Shown in pieces: positions 1 through 9,320 of a stretch of DNA of 64,000 nt. Origin of the DNA: Spirochaetota bacterium (GTDB taxonomy: Bacteria > Spirochaetota > GWE2-31-10 > MWDO01); assembly GCA_031549085.1 (NCBI GenBank), contig JAVBQL010000021.1, positions 5,422 to 69,421 on the forward strand. Direction: 5' to 3'. The notes under the pieces are model-generated. The model saw only the letters and a program-made list of their open reading frames with translations, was not told the origin of the DNA and did not search any database. Position 1 is the first letter of the stretch, and every line of letters begins with the position of its first letter. The translations under genes and the position numbers were made by a program.

Positions 1-2310
1 ATGATAGAGAAATGGATTAAAACACAGCAAGCATATTATAATGAGAATGCTAAGAGAGTCTACTATCTATCTCTTGAGTTTTTGATGGGAAGAACATTAG
101 GCAACAGTTTAATAAATTTGTCTGTTTTTGATGAATGTGAGAAAGCATTAAAAGATTTAGGTCTTAACTTGGAAGATTTAAGAGATGAAGAGGTTGATGC
201 TGGACTTGGAAACGGAGGACTTGGCCGTTTGGCTGCCTGCTTCCTTGACTCTATGGCGACCCTTGGTCTTCCAGCTTATGGATATGGAATTAGATATGAT
301 TATGGTATTTTTAATCAAAAAATAGTTGATGGATATCAAGTAGAGGAGCCAGATAACTGGCTTAAAGATGACAACCCATGGGAATTTAAGAGAACTGAGA
401 ACCAGATGACTGTTAGATTCTATGGAGATGTAACAACTTATAAAGAGAAAGATAAAACAAGCTTTAGATGGGATGGTACGCAAGATGTTTTTGCAATTCC
501 ATTTGATACTCCAATTCCTGGTTATGGCAACAATACAGTAAATACTTTAAGATTGTGGACAGCTAAGGCATCAAACCAATTTGATTTTGATGAATTTAAT
601 ATGGGTAAGTATGTTGAAGCTGTGGGTGATAAAAATGAGTGGGAGAAAATCTCTAAAGTTTTATATCCAAATGATGTTACAGAGATGGGTAAAATATTAA
701 GATTGCAACAGCAATATTTCTTTGTATCTGCATCATTGCAAGATATTATAAGAAGATATATTAAGTATGATGGTGACAAAAACTTTAAGAATTTTTCTGA
801 TAAAGTTGCGATTCAACTTAATGATACTCACCCAGCTATCGCTATACCGGAACTTATGAGAATTCTTGTTGATGAAAATGGAGTTCCTTGGAAAGAGGCT
901 TGGGATACTACAGTGAAGACTTTTGGTTATACAAACCATACTTTGCTTCCTGAAGCACTAGAGAAGTGGCCTGTTCATATGATTGAGAGACTTCTTCCTC
1001 GCCATATGCAAATTATCTATCAAATAAACTATGAGTTTTTAAGCGCTGTATCAGTTAGATACCCTGGTGATGTTGATAGATTGAGAAGAATGTCTATAAT
1101 AGATGAGACTGGTGAGAGATATGTTAGAATGGCATTTTTAGCTATAATAGGAAGCCACTCTACGAATGGTGTTGCAGAACTTCATTCAGAGCTATTGAAA
1201 CAAGAAGTTTTAAGAGATTTTTATGAGTTCTATCCTGAGAGATTTAACAACAAGACCAATGGTGTTACACAAAGAAGGTGGTTATTAAAATCTAACCCTG
1301 AATTATCAGACTTGATAAGAGACAAAATTGGTGATGGATGGATTACAGATCTATATCAACTTAAAAAATTGGAAAAATTTGTAGATGATAAAGATTTTAT
1401 TAAAAAGTGGCAAAATATTAAACTTGACAACAAGAAGGTACTTGCTGAAATTATAAAGAAAGAGCTTAATATCGATGTAGATGTAAACTCTATATTTGAT
1501 GTTCAAGTTAAGCGTCTTCATGAGTATAAGAGACAGCTTCTTGATGTGCTAAATATTATTGCTTTGTATATAGAGCTTAAAGCAAATCCAAATATGGATT
1601 TTGTTCCTCGTACATTTATATTTGGTGCGAAGGCAGCCCCTGGTTACTATATGGCAAAGCTTATAATAAAGCTAATAAATAATGTTGGAAGTGTTATTAA
1701 CCACGATCCAGATATTAAAAATAAGATAAAAGTTGTATTCTTACCAAACTACAGAGTATCACTAGCTGAAAAAATATTCCCAGCTTCTGATCTATCAGAG
1801 CAGATATCCACAGCAGGTAAAGAGGCAAGTGGAACAGGCAATATGAAGTTTGCTCTTAATGGAGCACTAACAATTGGAACTCTTGATGGAGCGAATGTTG
1901 AGATTGCTGAAGAGGTTGGTGACGACAATATCTTTATTTTTGGTCTAAAAGTTGAGGATATTGCTGAATTGAAGAAGAAGGGGTATGATCCTAAACAGTA
2001 CTATTACAGCAATAATAGACTAAAGAAGGTTGTTGATCTAATTGCTTGCGGTTTCTTCTCTACAGAAAATCCTAGTCTTTTCCAACCTATTGTCGATACA
2101 TTGATGTATAATGATGTATACTTCCATATGGCTGACTTCCAATTTTACTATGATATGCAACAGAAGGTATCAAAAGCTTATACTGACCAAGATAAGTGGA
2201 CAAAGATGGCAATAAAGAACGTTGCTCGCATGGGTAAATTCTCTACTGACAGAACTATCAGTGAGTATGTTAAGGATATATGGAATATAAAATCTTTTAA
2301 GATTAACTAA
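1..2310 (+). CDS. glgP: Glycogen/starch phosphorylase (GT35); 5' end probably lies just outside the window
   Basis: Motifs YYLSLEFLMGR, GLGNGGLGRLAACF, QLNDTHP, QVKRLHEYKRQ and the PLP-lysine motif EASGTGNMKF. Confidence 0.97.
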   Translation: MIEKWIKTQQAYYNENAKRVYYLSLEFLMGRTLGNSLINLSVFDECEKALKDLGLNLEDLRDEEVDAGLGNGGLGRLAACFLDSMATLGLPAYGYGIRYDYGIFNQKIVDGYQVEEPDNWLKDDNPWEFKRTENQMTVRFYGDVTTYKEKDKTSFRWDGTQDVFAIPFDTPIPGYGNNTVNTLRLWTAKASNQFDFDEFNMGKYVEAVGDKNEWEKISKVLYPNDVTEMGKILRLQQQYFFVSASLQDIIRRYIKYDGDKNFKNFSDKVAIQLNDTHPAIAIPELMRILVDENGVPWKEAWDTTVKTFGYTNHTLLPEALEKWPVHMIERLLPRHMQIIYQINYEFLSAVSVRYPGDVDRLRRMSIIDETGERYVRMAFLAIIGSHSTNGVAELHSELLKQEVLRDFYEFYPERFNNKTNGVTQRRWLLKSNPELSDLIRDKIGDGWITDLYQLKKLEKFVDDKDFIKKWQNIKLDNKKVLAEIIKKELNIDVDVNSIFDVQVKRLHEYKRQLLDVLNIIALYIELKANPNMDFVPRTFIFGAKAAPGYYMAKLIIKLINNVGSVINHDPDIKNKIKVVFLPNYRVSLAEKIFPASDLSEQISTAGKEASGTGNMKFALNGALTIGTLDGANVEIAEEVGDDNIFIFGLKVEDIAELKKKGYDPKQYYYSNNRLKKVVDLIACGFFSTENPSLFQPIVDTLMYNDVYFHMADFQFYYDMQQKVSKAYTDQDKWTKMAIKNVARMGKFSTDRTISEYVKDIWNIKSFKIN

Positions 2311-2338
2311 AAAGTTGCTTAAATATATGGAGATTTTT

Positions 2339-2719
2339 TTGAAAAAAATTTTAATTTTACTATTTACATTTTTTATGTTCTCTTTTGCATATGCTAATGA
2401 CCTTACAGGTGATGTTGCAGCAAAAAATGATGCAACATCTGATGTTAAGACAGCAAAAACAAAAGCTCCTCTTTTTAAGAAAGTTGAAAAGAAGCAAGTA
2501 CCTGAAGTATCACTTATTAGTGATGCAAAGGTATTTTATGACAATCTGCATAATTATATTGGAATGGATTTTGCAGTTAGCCTTATTACTCCAGACTTTG
2601 TTGTGAGGGGAATGCTATTGAAAGTCTATGATGATGGACTTCTAATCCAAACAGTGTTTCCAAAAAAAGAGATTTTCATAAATAGAACTCTTATAACATG
2701 CATAGAGCTTAAAAAATAG
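2339..2719 (+). CDS. Exported hypothetical protein with a possible Sm-like C-terminal fold
   Basis: GGAG at 2329-2332 followed by in-frame TTG at 2339 gives the signal peptide MKKILILLFTFFMFSFAYA. Confidence 0.65.
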   Translation: MKKILILLFTFFMFSFAYANDLTGDVAAKNDATSDVKTAKTKAPLFKKVEKKQVPEVSLISDAKVFYDNLHNYIGMDFAVSLITPDFVVRGMLLKVYDDGLLIQTVFPKKEIFINRTLITCIELKK

Positions 2720-2740
2720 TTATTGTTTAAAAATGAATCT

Positions 2741-2771
2741 GCCCTGCTTGAAAAAGCAGGGTATTTTTTTT
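2741..2771 (+). terminator. Rho-independent terminator
   Basis: GCCCTGCTT-GAAA-AAGCAGGGT stem-loop followed by a T-run. Confidence 0.88.
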
Positions 2772-2820
2772 AATATATATAACAATATATGATAACATTT
2801 AATGTATAAACAAATTTATA

Positions 2821-2849
2821 TTGACACTTTAATCTAAATAATATAGAAT
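2821..2849 (+). promoter_or_regulatory. Sigma70-type promoter
   Basis: TTGACA-17bp-TAGAAT. Confidence 0.75.
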
Positions 2850-2896
2850 CCATTAACTAAATTACAAGGTTTTGCTCGATGTTGATGTACACAAAC

Positions 2897-2935
2897 ACAA
2901 GAAACAAGAAACAAGAAACAAGAAACAAGAAACAA
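2897..2935 (+). repeat. Heptamer microsatellite (ACAAGAA)x5 plus a partial copy
   Basis: Read directly from the sequence at 2897-2931. Confidence 0.95.
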
Positions 2936-3130
2936 ACCATTATAACACATTTCATAAATTAAACCAATTTTATTTACAATCTAATTTTTTCTTTTTAATA
3001 GGCCAGCTAGTTTGTCTATATTTGCAATCCAGCTGGCTCTTTTTATCTAAAAATATCATTTTTAAAAATTCAACTTTGTCTCTTAATAAAACATACCCAT
3101 ATAAATATTTATAAAAGAAAGGAGTTTTTT

Positions 3131-4198
3131 ATGTTTAAGAGGAGTCTTTTTATTTTTATTATCTCTATTTTTGCTCTCTCAACTTTAATTGGGGCAGAGA
3201 TGGAGACTAGAATGCGTATTGCAATTCTTCCATTCTCAACAAGGGGAAATATTGACAAGAACTTATCAGAGTTGCTATCAGAAAATTTTACTATTGCTAT
3301 GATTAGTGGTGGTAAATATAATGTTGTTGAGAGAAGTCAGCTTGATAAGGCCTTGAGCGAGCTTAAGTTTCAAAAGGGGGCACAATTTGATGACGCCTCT
3401 GCAGTTGAAATTGGAAAGCTTGCTGGTGCACAGGCGGTGATAATTGGTACAATCTCTGAGATAGATGGAAGCTACTTTGTTAGTGCAAGGGGAATTGATG
3501 TAAAGACTGGGATTGCACAATTTGCAACAAAAGAGCAGACATCTAATAAGAGAGAGCTGATTAATCTGATTGATAAACTTGCCTCCTCTATATCTCTAAA
3601 GGATAGTGACAAGGTAGCTGGCAATAGGAAAAGCAGTAGAAGAGAGAAGGATAGTTCATTGTCTATAGCTACAGGTAATTTTACTAGAGATCAAAAAAAG
3701 TTTATTGATTCGCAGTATGATAAGTGGGAGCTAGATCCAGCTGATTATGAGTATAGTTTGGAAAAGTATAAGCAATCACTTGGGGCAGGCATTGGTGTTT
3801 CGGTTGGCGGAGGAACACTTACATTAATGGGAATTATATTCATAGGGGTTGGTTTTGGAATTCGGGAATATCAACCTGCACAATATCAGAGTGAATATGA
3901 TGAGTGGGGAAACTATATAGGTCAATCTGAAAGATCTAGTGATTACTACTACCGACCTCTTTGGGTTATGGGTGTAGCTGGAGCACCTATACTTGCACTT
4001 GGGTTAATTATGCTACCTCTCTCAGCTATTCCATTCTGGTTTTCTTATATGATTAAGCAAATTTATAGAAGAGCAACTGGTGAAAAACTTGCCTTTTGGG
4101 ATAGAGTAAATTTTGGTATGGGTTTTGCGATGGTAGAGAATGCTCTAACCAAGAGGCAGGAGAACAAGTTTAATCTATCTATATCAATAAATTTATAG
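3131..4198 (+). CDS. CsgG/TolB-N (FlgO/HfaB)-like domain protein with a C-terminal Gly-rich hydrophobic region
   Basis: Signal peptide; RIAILPF...VVERSQLDKALSELKFQ...EIGKLAGAQAVIIGTI motif; two hydrophobic segments near the C-terminus. Confidence 0.8.
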   Translation: MFKRSLFIFIISIFALSTLIGAEMETRMRIAILPFSTRGNIDKNLSELLSENFTIAMISGGKYNVVERSQLDKALSELKFQKGAQFDDASAVEIGKLAGAQAVIIGTISEIDGSYFVSARGIDVKTGIAQFATKEQTSNKRELINLIDKLASSISLKDSDKVAGNRKSSRREKDSSLSIATGNFTRDQKKFIDSQYDKWELDPADYEYSLEKYKQSLGAGIGVSVGGGTLTLMGIIFIGVGFGIREYQPAQYQSEYDEWGNYIGQSERSSDYYYRPLWVMGVAGAPILALGLIMLPLSAIPFWFSYMIKQIYRRATGEKLAFWDRVNFGMGFAMVENALTKRQENKFNLSISINL

Positions 4199-4207
4199 AA
4201 TATTAAA

Positions 4208-4252
4208 AAAAGTGATGTTGTCTGTTTGATTAACAAAAGCAACGTCACTTTT
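4208..4252 (+). terminator. Terminator-like hairpin
   Basis: AAAAGTGATGTTG...CAACGTCACTTTT inverted repeat just after the stop codon. Confidence 0.7.
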
Positions 4253-4308
4253 AGATTAATACGACAATGAATATATTATATCAATAATTGTAAAAATTAA
4301 AAAAGAGC

Positions 4309-4338
4309 TTGACAGATGTTTATTAATACATTTATAAT
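4309..4338 (+). promoter_or_regulatory. Sigma70-type promoter; a second TTGACAGAT lies at 4402
   Basis: TTGACA-18bp-TATAAT. Confidence 0.6.
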
Positions 4339-4476
4339 ATTATGTTATTTATTTAAAATATAAATTATAAAATATATTTTTAGTTTAATTAAAAGTTTCT
4401 ATTGACAGATTGTTTTGATAGTTGATATTATTTGATTTAAACTATATAAACCAATCTAAATAGCCGGAGTCTTCCT

Positions 4477-5466
4477 TTGGAACAGAAAAAAATATTTTTA
4501 CTTACTTTTTTTATTATTATATTTAATATTAATTTAAATAGCAGTGCCCCTCTTTGGATTCAAAATCCAAAAGTAATATATCCTGCTGATGAATACCTCT
4601 CTGCTGTAGGGGAGGGGAGAAATATGGAGGAGGCAAGCTCTAATGCAATTGCCAACATCTCAAAAATATTTGAGTCAAATATAAAGGTAGATAATATTTT
4701 TAATGAAAATACAACTCAAACCAATAGTGAAACAAGCAGAATTATCAATATGAGTGTAAATGTTAGAGTGGCTTCAGAGGGAAAACTCTCTAATATAAAT
4801 ATAGGCGAATTTTGGAATGGAAATGGAAGATACTATGTAATAGCCTACCTTAACAAAAAAGAGACAGCAAAAATATATCAAAATAAAATTGAAAATAATA
4901 ATGAAAAAATAGAGACTTTAATAGAGAATATGGGCAATGATGAGAGGCCATTTGATAAATATTACTATGGAGCACAGGCAGTTTTAGTTGCCAGCGAAAA
5001 TGATAAATTTTATAACTATATGATGCTTCTTTTATCTCCAAATAGCCCACCACCCCTAAAATATAGCTATCAATCTGTAAGTATGGCTATAGGAAAAATG
5101 ATGAAGAAGATATCTATGAAGATTGTTATAGATAAAAAGTATAAAAATGTAGAGCAGAAGATCTCAAAGATCCTAACTGGGCTTGGATTTTCAGTGTCTA
5201 AAAAAGGATGGGTTAATGTTGTCGTTGATGTAAATGAGACACTTTCAGAGTCCAACGGATTTATCTTCTCTAAATATAGCTTTAATATAGATGTAGATGA
5301 TGGTAATGAGACCTTCTTTACCTTTACTAGAAGTGGTAAAGAGGGGCAGATAAATGTTGATAGTTTGAATAGAAAAGTTATCTCAAAGCTTGAGGGATTT
5401 ATTGATAATGAGTTTGAAAAAGAGTTTATTTTAGCTTTTACAAATTCATTGGAGGAGCACAATTAG
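4477..5466 (+). CDS. LPP20-like exported protein
   Basis: P-x-W, YLSAVGEG and A..NAIANISKIF pattern typical of LPP20 domains; TTG start after GGAG. Confidence 0.7.
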   Translation: MEQKKIFLLTFFIIIFNINLNSSAPLWIQNPKVIYPADEYLSAVGEGRNMEEASSNAIANISKIFESNIKVDNIFNENTTQTNSETSRIINMSVNVRVASEGKLSNINIGEFWNGNGRYYVIAYLNKKETAKIYQNKIENNNEKIETLIENMGNDERPFDKYYYGAQAVLVASENDKFYNYMMLLLSPNSPPPLKYSYQSVSMAIGKMMKKISMKIVIDKKYKNVEQKISKILTGLGFSVSKKGWVNVVVDVNETLSESNGFIFSKYSFNIDVDDGNETFFTFTRSGKEGQINVDSLNRKVISKLEGFIDNEFEKEFILAFTNSLEEHN

Positions 5467-5567
5467 ATAGCTTTTTAATTATTTTTTGAAAAATATAGCT
5501 TTTTAATATTTTTATAAGAGGCTATTTTTTAATAATTTATTTTTTTTTATGGTTAAGGAGAAAAACA

Positions 5568-6212
5568 ATGAAAAGATATTTTGTCTTTTTAACTTTTGTT
5601 GCGGCTCTATTTCTTGTATCTTGCGGAAGTACGCCAACACCAAAAAGTGAAGTAAAAGTTGAAAAACCAAAAATGGTAATTATCGAGGATAAGGGAACAC
5701 TTGTTGGTATTTCATCACCTGCATGGGTTGCAAATGCTTTGCAAAGTACAGTAGCTGTTGAAAAGATGCCAGATTATGCTGGAAAATATGCATTTATTGG
5801 TGAAGAAGAGGGGCAAGATATAGGTGCTCTAAAGACTTGGGCAGACAACTTTGTTATACAGCCACTAATTGCAGCAAGGGTAGACTCTACTGTTGAAGCT
5901 CAATTTAAGGGAGCTCAAGTTGGAGGAAAAGATCTTGCTGGAGAGTACTATCAAAGATATGTTGCTACAAAGACATCTATCAATTTTACTGGTTTAGTAA
6001 AAGAGGGAGATTGGTGGATTAGATTTAAAGATAGCCCTGATAGCAGAAATGAGAAATATAGATACTACATTCTATATACAGTAGATAAAAAGCTTTTAGA
6101 TGAGCAAATATCTAGATATCTTGATGAGAAAGCTAATGGCATACAAGATGCTAAAGAGAAAGAGATAGTTCTTGAAGCTAAAGATATCATCAAAAATGGT
6201 GGTTTAAACTAA
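5568..6212 (+). CDS. Spirochaetal lipoprotein (LPP20-like)
   Basis: Lipobox LVSC; PAWV motif; C-terminal YRYYILYTVDKKLLDEQI; strong AAGGAG RBS. Confidence 0.75.
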   Translation: MKRYFVFLTFVAALFLVSCGSTPTPKSEVKVEKPKMVIIEDKGTLVGISSPAWVANALQSTVAVEKMPDYAGKYAFIGEEEGQDIGALKTWADNFVIQPLIAARVDSTVEAQFKGAQVGGKDLAGEYYQRYVATKTSINFTGLVKEGDWWIRFKDSPDSRNEKYRYYILYTVDKKLLDEQISRYLDEKANGIQDAKEKEIVLEAKDIIKNGGLN

Positions 6213-6234
6213 TATTTTAGATTTTTAATTTAAC

Positions 6235-6281
6235 AACTTAAGTGTCTTTGGAGAATTATATTTTCATAAGGCACTTAAGTT
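6235..6281 (+). terminator. Terminator-like long hairpin
   Basis: AACTTAAGTGTCTT...AAGGCACTTAAGTT. Confidence 0.7.
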
Positions 6282-6503
6282 TATATTATAATATTGATAA
6301 TGTTTTTTGTTTTTTATACTTAAAAATAGTAAAATTGTCTGATGTTATTATTTATCAAAAAATATTGTTTTTTAAAGACTTGTAGATTATATAAAAAATA
6401 GTATTTTCTTTTGATAAATGATAATTTTAAATTGAGTTCATAGACTAGAATGGTAGCTACTTGATTTGGAATTTCATTCTATTTAGATTTTAGGGGTGTA
6501 AAA

Positions 6504-7970
6504 ATGAGACAATTTTTTTTAATTGCGTTGCTATTTTTTTCTATACTATCACTAGAAGCACAGTCAGCAAAGAGGGTAATTGTATTACCTTTTTCTGGAG
6601 ATCAATCAGATTTGGTTACTGAGAGATTCATGATAGAGCTACAAAAAACTAAAACTTACAGAATTATAGAGAGAACAGAGCTTAGCAGACTAACTAGTGA
6701 ATTAAAGTTTCAAAGCAGTGATCTTTTTGATGAGTCACAAATGCTAGAGATTGGTAAATATGCAAAGGCAGAACTTATAATGATAGGTGCTGTAAGTGGG
6801 GTATCTGGCAATGTTACCATAGCTGTAAGAGGTGTGGATATCTCTACTGGTATAATAGTTATGTCAAGAACAGAGAATATTAATCTTGATAATAGTCAAG
6901 GATTGGCTAAATTTGCAAAAAATATAGCCAATGATAATGCTAAAATAGCTGAGAGACTGAATGATTCAAGAGTTTTGTCTGCTGTTTTGCCATTTAGTGT
7001 AAATATTAGTCCTGCAAAAGCTTCAAATATAACAAAAAAATCTATTGATAATGAGTACTCTGCTCTCTATAGTTTTATTCCATTTGGACTTGGTAATGTA
7101 ATAAGAAGTAATAAAGCTAATAATAATCAAACAACTACTACCAAGCCAAAAAAAACTGTCACAGATTCAGACCTTCTAACAAACCTATTTATGAATCAGC
7201 TATTTTCTAGTAATGATTATAAATTTGTAGAGCGAGCTAATTTGAATAAAGTAATAGATGAGATGAAGTTTCAGGAGAATGATGAATTTGATGATGGTCA
7301 AGCTATTGAGATTGGAAAACTATCTGGAGTAAAGTTGGTTTTTATTGGAAGAGTTAAGGAGACTGGTGATGATTATATGATCACTGTTAAGGGTATTGAG
7401 GTCAACACAGGAATGGTAGAGTTATCAGAATATGTTATGGCATACTCGATAGATGAAATTGTGCCAAAGACTCTTGAGCTTGCCAATATGCTTTTGGGTA
7501 AAAAGAAATCGTCTCAATTTACCCTACAAAAAGAGAATCCAAATCTTTGGGTAAAGAAATTGTGGGGAATAAGTCCAACTGATGGGGTTGCGATGGGAGA
7601 ATACTATAAAGCATGCATTAGTACTGGAGCAGCATTGGTTGGTGTTGGAATTGCCTCTATTGTGGTTGGTGGGGTCTTTGCCATATCTGGTGCTGTAGCA
7701 TATAATGACCATGTAAAGGGAACAAATCTCTATACTAATAAGGGTTATTCAGATTATGATCTTGCAATTGTTCTATTTATAATTGGTGGTGTATTTGGAG
7801 GAGCTGGTGTGCTTCTTGCAATATTTAGCTCGATTCCATTTGCAATAGCAAATAATATAAAGAACACATATTACAATGCAACTGGAAACCATCTTGTTTT
7901 TGAGAAACTCTCTGTTGATTATGACGAAAGAGATAGCAAGGTATCACTTGTTGCAACATTGTCATTTTAA
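6504..7970 (+). CDS. Protein with two tandem CsgG/TolB-N-like domains and a C-terminal hydrophobic region
   Basis: Two copies of LPFS...ER..L..(L/V)..E(L/M)KFQ..D.FD..Q..EIGK. Confidence 0.8.
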   Translation: MRQFFLIALLFFSILSLEAQSAKRVIVLPFSGDQSDLVTERFMIELQKTKTYRIIERTELSRLTSELKFQSSDLFDESQMLEIGKYAKAELIMIGAVSGVSGNVTIAVRGVDISTGIIVMSRTENINLDNSQGLAKFAKNIANDNAKIAERLNDSRVLSAVLPFSVNISPAKASNITKKSIDNEYSALYSFIPFGLGNVIRSNKANNNQTTTTKPKKTVTDSDLLTNLFMNQLFSSNDYKFVERANLNKVIDEMKFQENDEFDDGQAIEIGKLSGVKLVFIGRVKETGDDYMITVKGIEVNTGMVELSEYVMAYSIDEIVPKTLELANMLLGKKKSSQFTLQKENPNLWVKKLWGISPTDGVAMGEYYKACISTGAALVGVGIASIVVGGVFAISGAVAYNDHVKGTNLYTNKGYSDYDLAIVLFIIGGVFGGAGVLLAIFSSIPFAIANNIKNTYYNATGNHLVFEKLSVDYDERDSKVSLVATLSF

Positions 7971-7986
7971 TATATTATAATTTAAT

Positions 7987-8033
7987 AAGAGAGGTTATAA
8001 AAAAATCTGTTTTTTACTAACCTCTCTTTTTTT
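7987..8033 (+). terminator. Rho-independent terminator
   Basis: AGAGAGGTTA...TAACCTCTCT followed by a T-run. Confidence 0.75.
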
Positions 8034-8086
8034 ATCTTCATAATTTTTTATTTGTCCTATCCATTTTAATCAAATTTATATTTGCA

Positions 8087-8115
8087 TTGATTTAATTTTG
8101 TATAAACAGTATAAT
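8087..8115 (+). promoter_or_regulatory. Sigma70-type promoter
   Basis: TTGATT-17bp-TATAAT. Confidence 0.65.
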
Positions 8116-8121
8116 TTAATC

Positions 8122-8236
8122 AACAACCCTAGCTTAAGTAGCTGTATATGTTGGTTCTTTAAGGTGTTTTCCATTAGGAGTAGTACACTTTTTTACCATG
8201 AGGGGGGATTACCCTAAGCAAGAGGATAAGGTTTTT
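8122..8236 (+). ncRNA. Candidate structured leader or small RNA of unknown class
   Basis: GC-enriched nested rod: AACC/GGTT, GCTTA/TAAGC, TGGT/ACCA, AAGGTGT/ACACTTT, TTCC/GGAG. Confidence 0.35.
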
Positions 8237-8266
8237 CTATAATTTATATCTTTAAAAGAGGTTTAA

Positions 8267-9223
8267 TTGAAAAAGCTTTTTGTTATAATTTTACTACTAT
8301 TTTCACTAATGTCACTTGCAGGCAGAGATAGAAAAGTTGCTGTTGTTTTTCCATTTGAAGGAGATTCTATAGCTATCATAACAGATACTTTTATAAAGGA
8401 GCTTGATGGGATAAACTTTTATAAAATTATAGATAAAAAAGAGCTCATTAAAACGATAAAGAGTAGAGGATTTGAGAGTAGCGAGCTTAGCGAATCTGAA
8501 ATGTTAGATATTGGATATATTTTTAATGCAGATTTGATATTTACTGGTTCTGTTAAAGAGAAAAATAGTGAATATATAATATCAGTGAAGTGTATAGAGA
8601 GCAAGACAAAACTTGTTAAATTTATGGATTATACGGTAGCAAACTCGATAGATGATATTGCTCCTAAAATTAGAGAGCTTGTAGATTTTATTGCTGAAAG
8701 CAAAAGTTTTGGAATTAATAATAGAGCAGATATTGATGTAACTAAATTGCAAAACTCATGGGTTACTAAAACTTTTGGAATAAGCCCAGCTGACAGAAAG
8801 ATGATGCTAAAGTATTATAGTGGATTTATGATATCTGGAGGAGTCTTTTTTAGTGCTAGTATGATATCTCTTACTTTTTTTATATCCTATCTTGCTGCAG
8901 GGGCTACTATCTATCTAAATAGTAATTATTATTATGGAGACTCTGCTGTTTATAGTGATGCTTATAGTAACAATTATTATGGTGATAGCACATATAGAGA
9001 GAATCAAAGATTTATAAATGGCCTCTTTATAGTAGCTGGTGTATCTGGCGGTATATCGCTCATAAGTGATGTTATTAGTGCTGTTCTATTTGCTACTGCC
9101 TATAGAATAAATAAAACATATATGGAAACAACAGGTGATAAACTTAAGGTAAGACTAGAGAGTGTTTCATTAAATTATGATAAAAATAGTGGGATATCAC
9201 TTGCAGCTGTTTTGACTTTTTAG
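8267..9223 (+). CDS. CsgG/TolB-N-like protein, paralog of 3131 and 6504
   Basis: VVFPFEG...MLDIGYIFNADLIFTGSV; shares the W..K..GISP.D motif and C-terminal tail with 6504-7970. Confidence 0.75.
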   Translation: MKKLFVIILLLFSLMSLAGRDRKVAVVFPFEGDSIAIITDTFIKELDGINFYKIIDKKELIKTIKSRGFESSELSESEMLDIGYIFNADLIFTGSVKEKNSEYIISVKCIESKTKLVKFMDYTVANSIDDIAPKIRELVDFIAESKSFGINNRADIDVTKLQNSWVTKTFGISPADRKMMLKYYSGFMISGGVFFSASMISLTFFISYLAAGATIYLNSNYYYGDSAVYSDAYSNNYYGDSTYRENQRFINGLFIVAGVSGGISLISDVISAVLFATAYRINKTYMETTGDKLKVRLESVSLNYDKNSGISLAAVLTF

Positions 9224-9320
9224 TTTTTTATATTAGATAAATTACTATATTTATTATCATTTTTGTATATATTTAACGATACTATTCTATATCTTGATAC
9301 AAAATAGGGGAAAACCAGTA

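Noticed and set aside
2897-2935. Repeat as a CRISPR array
   Set aside because: The 7-bp units have no spacers, and there are no cas genes.
2872-3114. 80-aa ORF containing KQETRNKKQET
   Set aside because: It is a by-product of the heptamer repeat, has no RBS and overlaps the leader hairpin.
8122-8236. SRP (4.5S) or 6S RNA
   Set aside because: It lacks the SRP GNRA loop and AGCAG motif, and is short for 6S.
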